This document shows positions 19,821 through 29,897 of a stretch of DNA of 64,000 bases, one piece after another. The DNA lies in the NCBI GenBank assembly GCA_017453565.1, contig JAFTEQ010000072.1, positions 5,720-69,719 of the forward strand, in the 5' to 3' direction. A program made the translations under genes and the position numbers. The notes beneath the pieces were generated by a model. The model was not told the DNA's origin, did no database searches, and worked only from the letters and a program-made list of their open reading frames with translations. Origin of the DNA: Bacteroidales bacterium (GTDB lineage Bacteria > Bacteroidota > Bacteroidia > Bacteroidales > UBA932). Position 1 is the first letter of the stretch; each line of letters starts with the position of its first letter.

Positions 19821-22162
19821 AACGGATTGCTTTGACTCTTTTCTGCCTCCTCTGCCTTGCGGCCTGGCTGCCGGCGCAGAACGCCCCGGTCCGCCTGGCG
19901 GCGCAGAGCGTCGATCCGCAGGGCGATTCGCTCGCTCTCCTGCGTTTCCGTGCCCGGCTCGACACCGTCCGCGCCCAGGAACACCGGCCCACCGTGGCCC
20001 TGGTGCTGAGCGGCGGCGGCGCCAAGGGGGCGGCCCATGCGGGCGTCCTGAAATATCTGGAAGAAAAGCAGATTCCCGTAGACGCCGTGCTCGGGACCAG
20101 TATGGGCGGTCTGGTGGGCGGCCTCTACGCGTTGGGCTATCCGGCTTCATACCTCGACTCGCTGCTGCGTGCGCAGGACTGGGGCAAGATGCTCAGCGAC
20201 CGGGTGGAACGGCGCTACATTCCCGCTACCGAACGGCGGTACCGCGATCGTTATCTCCTCTCGGTGCCCTTTAACTACGGGGGCCTGCGCGAGCGTTTGG
20301 GTGAAAGCCTTCAGAGCGAGACGCAGATGCGCGCCCAGGCCCTTTCGCGCAGCCTTCCTTCGGGTTTCGTGACGGGACTCAACGTGGGAAACCTCATTTC
20401 CCAGGTTTCGGTGGGCTATCACGCAAACCGCTCTTTCTCTGACCTGCCCATTCCCTATCTGTGCGTGGCCACCGACCTGGTGTCCTGCAAGGCGAAAAAC
20501 TGGACGGGCGGATCCTTCCCGCTGGCGATGCGCTCCACCATGTCGATTCCCGGCCTGTTCACGCCCGTGCGCTACCGCGACATGGTGCTGACCGACGGCG
20601 GCATGCGCAACAATTTCCCCACCGACCTGGCAAAGGCCATCGGGGCCGATATCGTGATCGGGGTCGATCTTTCCCAGGGCCAACGCGACTATTCCCGGGT
20701 GAACAACCTGCTGGAGATGACCGACCAGATGATCGAGATGCTGGCGCGGGACGCCTGGGAGCACAACCAGAACCTGCCCGACGTGTTCATCAAGCCCGAC
20801 CTGCACGAATACAACATGCTGAGTTTCTCGACGGAAGCCATCGATACCATCCTCGCCCGGGGTTACCAGGCCGCCCGGGACTGCGCCGCGCAGCTGGATT
20901 CCGTGAAAAACCTGATGCCCGAAGGCCGGACGCTGCTCGCCGCACCCGTGGCCCGCGACATCGGTTCGCGGCCCGTCACCCTGTCGGGCGTGCGTTTCAC
21001 CGGTGTTCAGGGCCGCAATGAGGATTATATGATCCACAAACTGGGCCTTCAGGAAGGTGATTCCGTCGATGCGGCCCGCATCGAGCAGGCTGTGGCGAAA
21101 CTCTGGGCGAGCCACATCTTCAACCGGGTGGGCTGGTCGCTGCTCGAACAGCCCGACGGCCGTTATGAACTGGTGTTCCACTGCTCCTACGGGCCTGCCC
21201 ACCAGCTGGGCGTGGGCGTGCGGGCCGATACCGAGGAACTGGTGTCGGGCCTGGTGTACCTGGGGCTGAACGCGCACAAGCTCCGCAGTTCGCGCCTGAG
21301 CCTCGAAGGGCGCATCGGGCAGAACCGCTACATCCAGGGACACTATGTTTATTTCGATCCCGACCTGCCTACCATCAACGCCGAAGTGAAGGTGGGCTCC
21401 ACCACGGTGAACCTGGCTGAGCGCAAGTCGCTCTACAACCTGCGCTACTTCTACGACCGGGAAAGCTTCTATTTCTCGGGGATGCAGCTGGTAGACTGGG
21501 ACCTGCGCGCCGGCGTGAAGCATGAGAACTACAAGCCGCTCGCCTGGCTCACCAGCAACGGAAGGACCCTGGGCCGCGACCTGTCGGCCCTGCAGCGCGA
21601 CTACGTGGGCGTGTTCGGCTACGCCATGGCCTATACGCTCGACGATTATTACTATCCCACCGGCGGCTTCTCCGCTTCGCTGGGCTACGACCTGAGCTTC
21701 GGCAACAACCGGGCGCACGTGCTGGCGGCCGATTTCCGCACAGTCCTTCCCCTGGGCGGCTCCGTGGCGCTGATTCCCTCGCTGTACGGACGGAGCGTGT
21801 TCGGGGGCGATGACAACATTTTCCAGTACAACCTCGTGGGCGGCTCTATGCAGGGCCGGTACATCGACCACCAGATTCCCTTCGTGGGGATGCACCGCTC
21901 CATGTTCTTCGACAAGCACGTGGCTGTGCTCAATCTCGACCTGCGCACGCGCCTTTATAAAGATGTATACCTCTCGCTTCAGGGCGGTGCTGTGCGGGAA
22001 GGGTCTGATTTCGAGGACCTTATTTCCGGGCCCCACGGCCTGTCCCTGGGCGCGGCCGGCGAACTCGGCTACGATTCGGTGATCGGGCCGGTGAAGGCCA
22101 GCCTGCACTGGTCGGACATTGCGGGCTGGGGCGCCTATCTTTCCGTAGGATTCGATTTCTAG
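19817..22162 (+). CDS. Patatin-like phospholipase with POTRA and C-terminal beta-barrel (PlpD / type Vd-like)
   Basis: LVLSGGGAKG, GTSMG, DGG motifs; signal peptide; terminal YLSVGFDF. Confidence 0.88.
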   Translation: MKRIALTLFCLLCLAAWLPAQNAPVRLAAQSVDPQGDSLALLRFRARLDTVRAQEHRPTVALVLSGGGAKGAAHAGVLKYLEEKQIPVDAVLGTSMGGLVGGLYALGYPASYLDSLLRAQDWGKMLSDRVERRYIPATERRYRDRYLLSVPFNYGGLRERLGESLQSETQMRAQALSRSLPSGFVTGLNVGNLISQVSVGYHANRSFSDLPIPYLCVATDLVSCKAKNWTGGSFPLAMRSTMSIPGLFTPVRYRDMVLTDGGMRNNFPTDLAKAIGADIVIGVDLSQGQRDYSRVNNLLEMTDQMIEMLARDAWEHNQNLPDVFIKPDLHEYNMLSFSTEAIDTILARGYQAARDCAAQLDSVKNLMPEGRTLLAAPVARDIGSRPVTLSGVRFTGVQGRNEDYMIHKLGLQEGDSVDAARIEQAVAKLWASHIFNRVGWSLLEQPDGRYELVFHCSYGPAHQLGVGVRADTEELVSGLVYLGLNAHKLRSSRLSLEGRIGQNRYIQGHYVYFDPDLPTINAEVKVGSTTVNLAERKSLYNLRYFYDRESFYFSGMQLVDWDLRAGVKHENYKPLAWLTSNGRTLGRDLSALQRDYVGVFGYAMAYTLDDYYYPTGGFSASLGYDLSFGNNRAHVLAADFRTVLPLGGSVALIPSLYGRSVFGGDDNIFQYNLVGGSMQGRYIDHQIPFVGMHRSMFFDKHVAVLNLDLRTRLYKDVYLSLQGGAVREGSDFEDLISGPHGLSLGAAGELGYDSVIGPVKASLHWSDIAGWGAYLSVGFDF

Positions 22163-22164
22163 CC

Positions 22165-22632
22165 ATGGACGAGCGGGTAAAAAAGGTGCTGGACCGGCTG
22201 GAGGCGCAGTGCGCCAGGCGGGAATACTGTGTGTCCGATATTCGCAGGAAGGCGCTGGAGCGCCTGGAGGGTGACGAGGCGGCGGCCGCGGAGGTGGTGG
22301 AGGCGCTGGTGCGGGAACGCTACGTGGACGATGCCCGCTACGCGGCGGCCTTCGCCCGCGAGAAGTCCGCGGTGACCGGCTGGGGGCCGGTCAAGATCCG
22401 TTTCGCCCTGGCGGCGAAACGCATCGCGAAGGCCGACATCGATGCGGGCCTTGCCGAGATGGAACCCGAACGCTCCGACGCCCGTCTGGACCGCCTGCTC
22501 GAAAACCGCTGGAAAGCCCTTGCGGGTGAACCGGACGCCAAACTCCGGCTCCTGCGCTTCGCCCTTTCGCGCGGCTACGACTACGATACCATCCGCGGAC
22601 GCGTGGAGCGTCTCGCCTCAGGTAAAGAATAA
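22165..22632 (+). CDS. recX: Regulatory protein RecX
   Basis: CARREYC, YVDDARYAAAF, WGPVKIRFAL, RFALSRGY. Confidence 0.9.
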   Translation: MDERVKKVLDRLEAQCARREYCVSDIRRKALERLEGDEAAAAEVVEALVRERYVDDARYAAAFAREKSAVTGWGPVKIRFALAAKRIAKADIDAGLAEMEPERSDARLDRLLENRWKALAGEPDAKLRLLRFALSRGYDYDTIRGRVERLASGKE

Positions 22633-22645
22633 TAACCAATTCATT

Positions 22646-24124
22646 ATGAAATTGTTCCGTGTTTTTGTCCTCCCGGCCGCCCTGCTGCTCGCCGGCCTCG
22701 TGTCCTGTTCACGCACCCACCGGGTAGACGTGATTCCGTCGCCGGAAAAGGTCTGCGTGCGCAGCGCCCGCGTGCCGCTTTCCGACCTGGGAGAAGCGCA
22801 GTGCCGTCTGAACGCTTCGCTTCCGGCCGAAGGCTATGTGCTCCGCATCGGAAAGAAGGGCGTGCGCATCGCCGCCGCCGACTCGGCGGGCCTCTTCTAT
22901 GCCCGTCAGACCCTGGCTCAGCTCGCCGAAGCCGACGGGACCGTGCCGCTGGGCAGTATCAAGGATGCGCCCCGCTTCCCCTGGCGCGGGTATATGCTCG
23001 ACGCCTCGCGCCATTTCATCGAAAAAGAAAAAGTGTTTGAGGTACTGGACTACATGGCCCGGTACAAGCTCAACAAGTTCCACTGGCACCTTACCGACAC
23101 CGACGGCTGGCGCCTGGAGATTGACGGCTGGCTGGAACTCACCGGCATAGGGGCTCTGGGCAACCGGAGCGACCACGGCGCCCCCGCCCGCTATTACAGC
23201 AAGGAAGACGTGCGCGAAGTGATTGCCTATGCCGCTGCGCGCCACATCGAGGTGATTCCCGAGGTGGACATGCCCGGCCACGCCTCGGCCGCCAACCGGG
23301 CCTATCCGGAGTTTGACGGAGGCGGCAGCGAGCGTCTGCCTTCCTTCACTTTCAATGTGGGCAAGGAAGAGACCTATGCCTTCCTGTCCGACGTGCTCTC
23401 CTGCACGGCCGAACAGTTTCCGGGCGCGTACATCCATCTGGGCGGCGACGAGGTAGACTTCGCCGGCAAGGCCTGGGCGCAGAAACCCGAGATCATGGAA
23501 CTCGTCGCCCGGGAAAAGTTGGACGGCCTTCAGGGCGCCGAGGCCTGGTTCGACCGCAGGATGCAGCAGGTGGTGGCGGGCCTTGGGAAGACGGCGGCGC
23601 TTTGGTGCGATGTGGTCGATTACGGCCTTCCCACCGACGGAACCCTGCTCTACTGGTGGCGGCACGACCGCAAGGATATGCTGGAGCGCTGCCTGGAGAA
23701 AGGCTATGCCACGGTGCTCTGCCCCCGTCATCCGCTCTATTTCGACTTCATCCAGGACGAAGGGCTGAAGAACGGCCGCACGCACCGCGGCAATGAGTAT
23801 GTGGGGCCCTGTAGCCTGGAAGACATCCTGGCCTATCCCGAATCGGAGGAAGGCGCCTTCCGGGACGGGAAGGTTTCACCCCTTGTCGTAGGGCTCGAAG
23901 CCTGCCTCTGGACCGAGCTGGTGCAGAACGGAAAACGGGTCGACTTCATGACTTTCCCGCGCCTGGCGGCCCTTGCCGAGTCGGCCTGGTCGCAGCCCCA
24001 AAACAAGGACTGGACCTGCTTCAGCACCCTTCTGGACAGGGAATACGCCCTCTATGAACGGGCGGGACTCTGGTATTACGACCGGCGCAATCCCGGCCTG
24101 CACGACGAATACTGTGCAGACTGA
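22646..24124 (+). CDS. GH20 beta-N-acetylhexosaminidase lipoprotein
   Basis: Start MKLF at 22646, lipobox LVSC; PRFPWRGYMLDASRHF, HWHLTD, PEVDMPGH, HLGGDE. Confidence 0.92.
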   Translation: MKLFRVFVLPAALLLAGLVSCSRTHRVDVIPSPEKVCVRSARVPLSDLGEAQCRLNASLPAEGYVLRIGKKGVRIAAADSAGLFYARQTLAQLAEADGTVPLGSIKDAPRFPWRGYMLDASRHFIEKEKVFEVLDYMARYKLNKFHWHLTDTDGWRLEIDGWLELTGIGALGNRSDHGAPARYYSKEDVREVIAYAAARHIEVIPEVDMPGHASAANRAYPEFDGGGSERLPSFTFNVGKEETYAFLSDVLSCTAEQFPGAYIHLGGDEVDFAGKAWAQKPEIMELVAREKLDGLQGAEAWFDRRMQQVVAGLGKTAALWCDVVDYGLPTDGTLLYWWRHDRKDMLERCLEKGYATVLCPRHPLYFDFIQDEGLKNGRTHRGNEYVGPCSLEDILAYPESEEGAFRDGKVSPLVVGLEACLWTELVQNGKRVDFMTFPRLAALAESAWSQPQNKDWTCFSTLLDREYALYERAGLWYYDRRNPGLHDEYCAD

Positions 24125-24136
24125 TCCTGCAGAGAT

Positions 24137-25225
24137 TTAAGCGATCTGCGGCCGCCCGTTCCGGTGGCCGCGTTCGTTTTCCGTACTGACCTCCGGCATC
24201 TTGCCTTCCTGGAGTTCCTCGTAGGCGCGGCGGTTGTTGCAGATGTCGATGGCGGCGAAGATGGCGGCCCGCATGGAGCGCGGGTCGGCTTCGTCGCGGC
24301 CGGCTTTCTCGAAGGCGGTTCCGTGGTCGGGCGAGGTGCGCACCACCGGCAGACCGGCCGTGAAGTTGACCCCGTCCTCGAAGGCGATGGCCTTGAAGGG
24401 GGCGAGCCCCTGGTCGTGGTACATGGCGAGCGTGGCGTCGAACTTCTCGTAGTCGCTCATGCCGAAATAGCCGTCGGGCGAGAAGGGTCCGAAGGCGAGG
24501 ATGCCTTCCTCCTGTGCCCTGGCGACGGCGGGGGCGATGATGCTCTGCTCCTCGTCGCCCAGCAGGCCGCCGTCGCCGCTGTGCGGGTTGAGGCTGAGCA
24601 CGCCGATGCGCGGCTTGTCGATGCGGAAATCGGCCTGGAGCGAGGCGTTCATGAGGCGCAGCTTGCTCAGGATCTTTTCTTCCGTAATGGAAGCGGCCAC
24701 GTCCTTGAGCGGAATGTGCCCGGTCACCACGCCCAGTTTGAGGCGCTGGCTGATCATGAGCATGGTCACGTCCTTCACGCCGAAAGCATTCTGCAGGAAC
24801 TCGGTGTGGCCGGGGAAGCCGAAGCCCTCCGAGACGATGGCCTTCTTGTTGATGGGACCCGTCACCAGGGCATCGATGTCGCCCGCCTTGAGGTCTTCGA
24901 CCGCCCTTTCCAGGCAGGTGATGGCCGCCCGGGCCGAATCGGCCGTGGCTCCGCCGGGTTCGGCGAAGACGTTTTCGGGCAGGCAGTTCACGATATTGAT
25001 GCGCTTGGCGTGCGCCTCCTTCGCGGAAGCGATGGCGTTGGTGTCCATGGACTCGAGTTCGTGTATGGTCTTCCGGTAGAAGCCGAAGATCTTGGACGAC
25101 CCGTAGATGACGGGCGTGAACATATCGAGGATGCGCGGGTCGGACAGGGCCTTGATGATGACTTCGTAGCCGATGCCGTTGCTGTCGCCCTGGGTGATGC
25201 CCACAATGAGTTTCCTGTTCTGCAT
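24137..25225 (-). CDS. pdxA: 4-hydroxythreonine-4-phosphate dehydrogenase
   Basis: GITQGDSNGIGYE, FPGHTEFL, NPHSG, AMYHDQGL, RTSPDHGTA. Confidence 0.94.
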   Translation of the reverse strand: MQNRKLIVGITQGDSNGIGYEVIIKALSDPRILDMFTPVIYGSSKIFGFYRKTIHELESMDTNAIASAKEAHAKRINIVNCLPENVFAEPGGATADSARAAITCLERAVEDLKAGDIDALVTGPINKKAIVSEGFGFPGHTEFLQNAFGVKDVTMLMISQRLKLGVVTGHIPLKDVAASITEEKILSKLRLMNASLQADFRIDKPRIGVLSLNPHSGDGGLLGDEEQSIIAPAVARAQEEGILAFGPFSPDGYFGMSDYEKFDATLAMYHDQGLAPFKAIAFEDGVNFTAGLPVVRTSPDHGTAFEKAGRDEADPRSMRAAIFAAIDICNNRRAYEELQEGKMPEVSTENERGHRNGRPQIA

Positions 25226-25226
25226 A

Positions 25227-25709
25227 CTATAATGGTAATGTGTTGTCTTCTGCTTCATACCCCTCGTCTCGGGGGAGTCCGGGAACGGAATAGGCGGCTA
25301 CCGCCAGGCGGTCGCAGCGCTCGTTCTCGGGATGGCCTGCATGGCCCTTGATCCAGTGGAACTGCACTTCGTGGGCGCGATAGAGCGGCACGAAACGCTG
25401 CCAGAGGTCGGGATTCTTCTTCTTTTTCCAGCCCGACGCGATCCACTGTTCGAGCCAGCCTTCCGTGACGGCTTTCACCACGTAGGTGGAGTCGCTGTAC
25501 ACCTCGACCCGGGCGTTCTCCCAGCGGATGGCCTCCAGGCCCTTGATGACGGCAAGCAGTTCCATGCGGTTGTTGGTGGTGCGGGCGAAGCCGCCGGAGA
25601 GTTCCTTCCGGAGTTCTCCGCACACCAGCACCACGCCGTACCCGCCGGGTCCGGGATTGCCGCTGGCCGCGCCGTCGGTGTAGAGCTGTATGACGGGTCG
25701 TTGTTGCAT
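25227..25709 (-). CDS. rnhA: Ribonuclease HI
   Basis: [40 protein letters not shown]. Confidence 0.97.
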   Translation of the reverse strand: MQQRPVIQLYTDGAASGNPGPGGYGVVLVCGELRKELSGGFARTTNNRMELLAVIKGLEAIRWENARVEVYSDSTYVVKAVTEGWLEQWIASGWKKKKNPDLWQRFVPLYRAHEVQFHWIKGHAGHPENERCDRLAVAAYSVPGLPRDEGYEAEDNTLPL

Positions 25710-25713
25710 TTGA

Positions 25714-25731
25714 CAAAAATAGTTAAATTTG
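25714..25731. promoter_or_regulatory. Back-to-back -7 boxes for rnhA (-) and rmlD (+)
   Basis: TATTTTTG on - strand at 25714-25721; TAAATTTG on + strand at 25724-25731; 29-bp intergenic gap. Confidence 0.7.
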
Positions 25732-25738
25732 CGTGATT

Positions 25739-26641
25739 ATGGAAGAGAAAAGGAAGAACGTATTGGTGACGGGTGCCTGCGGACAGCTCGGAAGGGCCCT
25801 GCGGCTGCTGTGCGGAGAGAGCCCGAACCATTTCGTTTTCACCGACATAGCGGCTCTTCCGGGCGAGGACATCCTGCTGCTCGACATCACCAATCCCGAT
25901 GCCGTGCGGCTGGTGTGCGAATCGGAACGGATCGACGTAATCGTGAACTGCGCGGCCTACAACGCCGTAGATGCGGCCGAAGACGATCCTTCCGGCGCCG
26001 AAAGCTTGAACCATACGGCCGTGGCGGGGCTTGCCGCCGTGGCCTCCGGCTGCGGAGCCACGCTCATCCATATCTCATCCGACTATGTCTTCCCGGGCGA
26101 CCGGCCCGTTCCCATCCGGGAGACGGACGAGCCCGCGCCGCTCAACGTGTACGGCGCCACAAAACTGGCGGGCGAAAAGGCGGTGCTCGATTCGGGCTGC
26201 AAGGCGCTGATCGTGCGTACGGCCTGGCTCTATTCGCCCTGGGGCAAGAATTTTGTGAAGACCATGCTGCGCCTGTTCCGGGCGGGGGCCGGGGTGGAAG
26301 TGGTGAACGACCAGGTGGGCAGCCCCACCAGTGCCCTTTCGCTGGCCCGTTTCCTGCTGCGTGTCATCGACACGGACGGCCTGGAACGGACAGGCTTATA
26401 TCACTATGTAGATGCGGGTGCGGTCAGCTGGTTCGATCTGGCGCACGCCGTGCTCGAATACTCCGGCTTGCAGGCCCGGCTCCGTCCTTGCAGTACCGAA
26501 GAATACAGGAGCCGTGCGCGGCGGCCGGCCTATTCGGTGCTGGACACTTCGCTCGCCCGCGCTACCTTCGGGGTGGAACCGCCCTACTGGCGCGACGCCC
26601 TCAGGGACTGTTTGCAAATGATGGAAGGACATGCAAGTTGA
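25739..26641 (+). CDS. rfbD: dTDP-4-dehydrorhamnose reductase
   Basis: VTGACGQLG, NCAAYNAVDAAE, HISSDYVF, YGATKLAGE, DQVGSPT. Confidence 0.95.
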   Translation: MEEKRKNVLVTGACGQLGRALRLLCGESPNHFVFTDIAALPGEDILLLDITNPDAVRLVCESERIDVIVNCAAYNAVDAAEDDPSGAESLNHTAVAGLAAVASGCGATLIHISSDYVFPGDRPVPIRETDEPAPLNVYGATKLAGEKAVLDSGCKALIVRTAWLYSPWGKNFVKTMLRLFRAGAGVEVVNDQVGSPTSALSLARFLLRVIDTDGLERTGLYHYVDAGAVSWFDLAHAVLEYSGLQARLRPCSTEEYRSRARRPAYSVLDTSLARATFGVEPPYWRDALRDCLQMMEGHAS

Positions 26642-27200
26642 GACTACACGCATACCCGGCGTACTGCTGCTGCATCCCCGTGTCTTCGAAGACGCGCGGG
26701 GGGCCTTTTTCGAGAGCTTTTCGGAACGGGATTTCGCTGCGGCGGGCCTTTCCGTGCGCTTCGTGCAGGACAATGAAAGCACATCCCGCTACGGCGTGGT
26801 GCGCGGCCTGCATTTCCAGCGTGCGCCTTTCGCCCAGGCCAAACTGGTACGCGTCTCGCAGGGCCGCATCCTCGACGTGGCCGTAGACCTGCGGCGGGGC
26901 AGCCCCACTTTCGGCTGCAGCGTGTCGGCGGAACTCTCGGCCGAAAACCACTGCCAGATGTTTATCCCGCAGGGTTTCGCCCATGGTTTCAGCGTCCTCA
27001 GCCCCGAAGCCACGGTGCAGTACAAGTGCGACGCCTTCTACGCGCCCGAATCGGCCGGCGGCATCTGCTGGTGCGATCCGGATCTGGTGATCGACTGGGG
27101 CCTTCCCAAAGAGGAGATCATCCTTTCCGAGGCGGATACCCGCCGGCCCCTGCTGCGTGAACTCCCCGAATCGGAATTGTTTGAATACACAAAAGAATGA
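26631..27200 (+). CDS. rfbC: dTDP-4-dehydrorhamnose 3,5-epimerase
   Basis: FVQDNES, RGLHFQ, VAVDLRRGSPTFG, GFAHGF. Confidence 0.95.
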   Translation: MQVETTRIPGVLLLHPRVFEDARGAFFESFSERDFAAAGLSVRFVQDNESTSRYGVVRGLHFQRAPFAQAKLVRVSQGRILDVAVDLRRGSPTFGCSVSAELSAENHCQMFIPQGFAHGFSVLSPEATVQYKCDAFYAPESAGGICWCDPDLVIDWGLPKEEIILSEADTRRPLLRELPESELFEYTKE

Positions 27201-27907
27201 AAGATATGGAAAAAGGACATCTGTTTACGGGTATCGCCATCATGGCGGGCCTCGTGGCCATTGCGCTCAGCATTCCCTGTGCGGTGCGCAGCTACCGTTC
27301 CTACGACCGCACCGTGAGCGTGCGCGGACTCTGTGAGCGGGAAGTGCCGGCCGACAAGGTCATCTGGCCCATCAAGTACAAAGTGGTGGGCAATGACCTG
27401 AGCCAGGTCTATACCGATATCGAAAAGCGGAACGCCGCCGTGGTCTCCTTCCTCACGGGAGGCGGTATCGCCGCAGGGGAGGTGAGCGTCTCCACGCCTA
27501 CCATCTCCGACAAGTTCGCCCAGGAATACGGCTCCAACGACCGTCCGTTCCGCTATGTGGCTACGTCTACGGTGACGGTCTGCACGCGGGAAGTGGAAAA
27601 GATCCTCTCCCTGCTGGCCGACCAGAAAGAGCTGCTCCGCAGCGGCGTGGTTCCCGAGAACGACTGGGACGGCGGGGCGCGTTTCTCCTTCGAGGCGCTC
27701 AACGACATCAAGCCCGAGATGATCGAGGAAGCCACGCGCAATGCCCGCGAGAGCGCGCAGAAATTCGCCAACGACTCCCAGAGCCGTCTGGGCAAGATCA
27801 AGACCGCTTCGCAAGGCTATTTTACCATTGAAGACCGCGACTCCAACACCCCGCAGGTGAAGAAGGTGCGTGTGGTCACCAACGTAGACTACTACCTCTC
27901 CCGCTGA
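27197..27907 (+). CDS. SIMPL (DUF541) domain protein
   Basis: N-terminal TM; RTVSVRGLCEREVPAD, LNDIKPEMIEEATRNAR, KKVRVV. Confidence 0.85.
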   Translation: MKDMEKGHLFTGIAIMAGLVAIALSIPCAVRSYRSYDRTVSVRGLCEREVPADKVIWPIKYKVVGNDLSQVYTDIEKRNAAVVSFLTGGGIAAGEVSVSTPTISDKFAQEYGSNDRPFRYVATSTVTVCTREVEKILSLLADQKELLRSGVVPENDWDGGARFSFEALNDIKPEMIEEATRNARESAQKFANDSQSRLGKIKTASQGYFTIEDRDSNTPQVKKVRVVTNVDYYLSR

Positions 27908-28743
27908 TGAGCCGCAGGGTCGCCATTCAGGGATACCGGGGCTGCTTCCACGAAGAAGCCGCCCTCCGTTTCTACGCCTCGCTTCCCGGGGCGCCGGAAG
28001 TGGAAATCGTACCCTGCGACACTTTCGCCGAACTCTACGAGGCGCTGGGCGCCGGTCGGGCCGACGCGGCGGTAATGGCCATCGAGAATACCGTTTCCGG
28101 TGGGCTCATCCCCAATTTCGACCTGCTCCGCGCTCATCCTCAGGCCATCAAGGGTGAGGTTTTCCTGCGCATCGAACAGAACCTGATGGCCCTGCCCGGG
28201 CAGACGCTCGCCGACATCCGTGAGGTGCGCACCCACTACATGGCTATCAACCAGACCCGGGCCTTCTTCGCCTGTCAGCCGCACATCCGCCTGGTGGAGT
28301 CGGAAGACACGGCGGGCAGCGCCGCCCAGATCGCCCGCGAAGGTCTGATGGGCGTGGGCGCCGTGGCTTCGCGCCTGGCCGCACAAAGCTACGGCCTGGA
28401 GATCCTGGCTCCGGGGATCGAGACCTACAAGCAGAACTTCACGCGTTTCCTCATCCTCGACGACGAGCTGGAGGTGCCCCAGGAGCGCATCGACAAGGCC
28501 TCGCTCTGCTTCACCCTGCCGCACACGCCGGGCTCCCTGGCGCACATCCTCACCATCCTGTCCTTCTACGGGATGAACCTCACGCGCATCCAGTCGCTGC
28601 CCATCCCGGGCCGCGAATGGCAGTATTTTTTCTACGCCGATATCAAATTCGAAGACCCCGGGCGCTACCGGCAGGCCGTTTCCGCCGTGCGTCCGCTCAT
28701 CGATGAATTCCGAATTCTCGGAGAATACAAAGCCGCATTATGA
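27907..28743 (+). CDS. pheA: Prephenate dehydratase
   Basis: AIQGYRGCFH, MAIENTVSG, NFTRFL, ACT domain NLTRIQSLP. Confidence 0.92.
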   Translation: MSRRVAIQGYRGCFHEEAALRFYASLPGAPEVEIVPCDTFAELYEALGAGRADAAVMAIENTVSGGLIPNFDLLRAHPQAIKGEVFLRIEQNLMALPGQTLADIREVRTHYMAINQTRAFFACQPHIRLVESEDTAGSAAQIAREGLMGVGAVASRLAAQSYGLEILAPGIETYKQNFTRFLILDDELEVPQERIDKASLCFTLPHTPGSLAHILTILSFYGMNLTRIQSLPIPGREWQYFFYADIKFEDPGRYRQAVSAVRPLIDEFRILGEYKAAL

Positions 28744-29897
28744 TCATTTCACCAGCCCTCAGGACCCGAAGCGTTTCGGAGTACTATTTTTCCAAGAAGA
28801 ACCGCGAGATCGCCCAGATGAACGCCGACGGACGCAGCGAGCCCGTCATCAACCTGGGTATCGGGGCGCCCGACGGACGTCCGCCGGAGCTCGCGATCGA
28901 TACACTCTGCGAAACGGCGCGGAAGAACGGCGTACACAAATACCAGAGCTACTCGGGTATCCCGGAACTCCGGGAAGCCTTCGCCGCCTGGTACCGCCGC
29001 TGGTACGGCGTGGAGCTCAATCCGGAAAAGGAAATCCAGCCCCTCGTGGGTTCCAAGGAAGGGATCCTGCTGGTGAGCCTGGCCTTCCTGAATCCGGGCG
29101 ACAAGGTCCTCATTCCCAATCCAGGCTATCCCACCTATGCATCATCGGCACGGCTCTGTGAGGCGGAGCCCTTGTTCTACGACCTCTGTGCCGATCGTGG
29201 CTGGGAGCCCGACCTGGAGGCGCTGGAGCGGAGCGACCTGAGCGGCGTGAAACTCATGTGGACCAACTATCCCAACATGCCCACGGGCGCACCGGCGAGC
29301 CGCGAACTCTATGAGCGCCTGGTCGATTTCGGACGGCGCCACGGCATCATGATCTGCAACGACAACCCCTACAGCTTCATTCTCTGCGAGGAGCATCTTT
29401 CCATCCTGGCGGTGCCGGGGGCCATGGAGGGCTGCCTCGAACTCAACTCGCTGAGCAAGGCGCACAACATGAGCGGCTGGCGTCTGGGCATGATCGCGGC
29501 CCAGGAAGACGTGATCCGAGAGGTGCTCAAGGTGAAGAGCCAGATGGATTCGGGCATTTTCCGCCCGTTGCAGCTGGCGGCCGTCGCGGCCCTTTCGGAA
29601 GGGGAAGCCTGGTTCTATCAGCTCAACAAGGAGTATCGGGCCCGGCGGGCGGCCGCCTGCCGCATCATGGACCTGCTGGGCGCCCAATACAACCCGGACT
29701 GCTGCGGCCTCTTCGTCTGGGGCCGGGTGGGCGGAGACGCCGCCGTCCTGTCGGATAAATTCCTCTATGAGGCCGGGGTGTTCATCACGCCGGGCTTCGT
29801 GTTCGGCTCGAACGGAAAGGAGTATCTGCGCATCTCGCTCTGCGCGCCCGTACCCGTGCTCGAGCGGGCCTGGGAGAAAATCAAGGCCGTACTATGA
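28740..29897 (+). CDS. Class I/II PLP-dependent aminotransferase
   Basis: INLGIGAPD, NYPNMPTG, NDNPY, NSLSKAHNMSGWRLG. Confidence 0.88.
   Translation: MIISPALRTRSVSEYYFSKKNREIAQMNADGRSEPVINLGIGAPDGRPPELAIDTLCETARKNGVHKYQSYSGIPELREAFAAWYRRWYGVELNPEKEIQPLVGSKEGILLVSLAFLNPGDKVLIPNPGYPTYASSARLCEAEPLFYDLCADRGWEPDLEALERSDLSGVKLMWTNYPNMPTGAPASRELYERLVDFGRRHGIMICNDNPYSFILCEEHLSILAVPGAMEGCLELNSLSKAHNMSGWRLGMIAAQEDVIREVLKVKSQMDSGIFRPLQLAAVAALSEGEAWFYQLNKEYRARRAAACRIMDLLGAQYNPDCCGLFVWGRVGGDAAVLSDKFLYEAGVFITPGFVFGSNGKEYLRISLCAPVPVLERAWEKIKAVL

Noticed and set aside
25739-27200. Functional link between rmlDC and the rhamnose catabolic PUL
   Set aside because: dTDP-rhamnose synthesis is an anabolic pathway in a separate operon about 25 kb away; proximity alone is not evidence.
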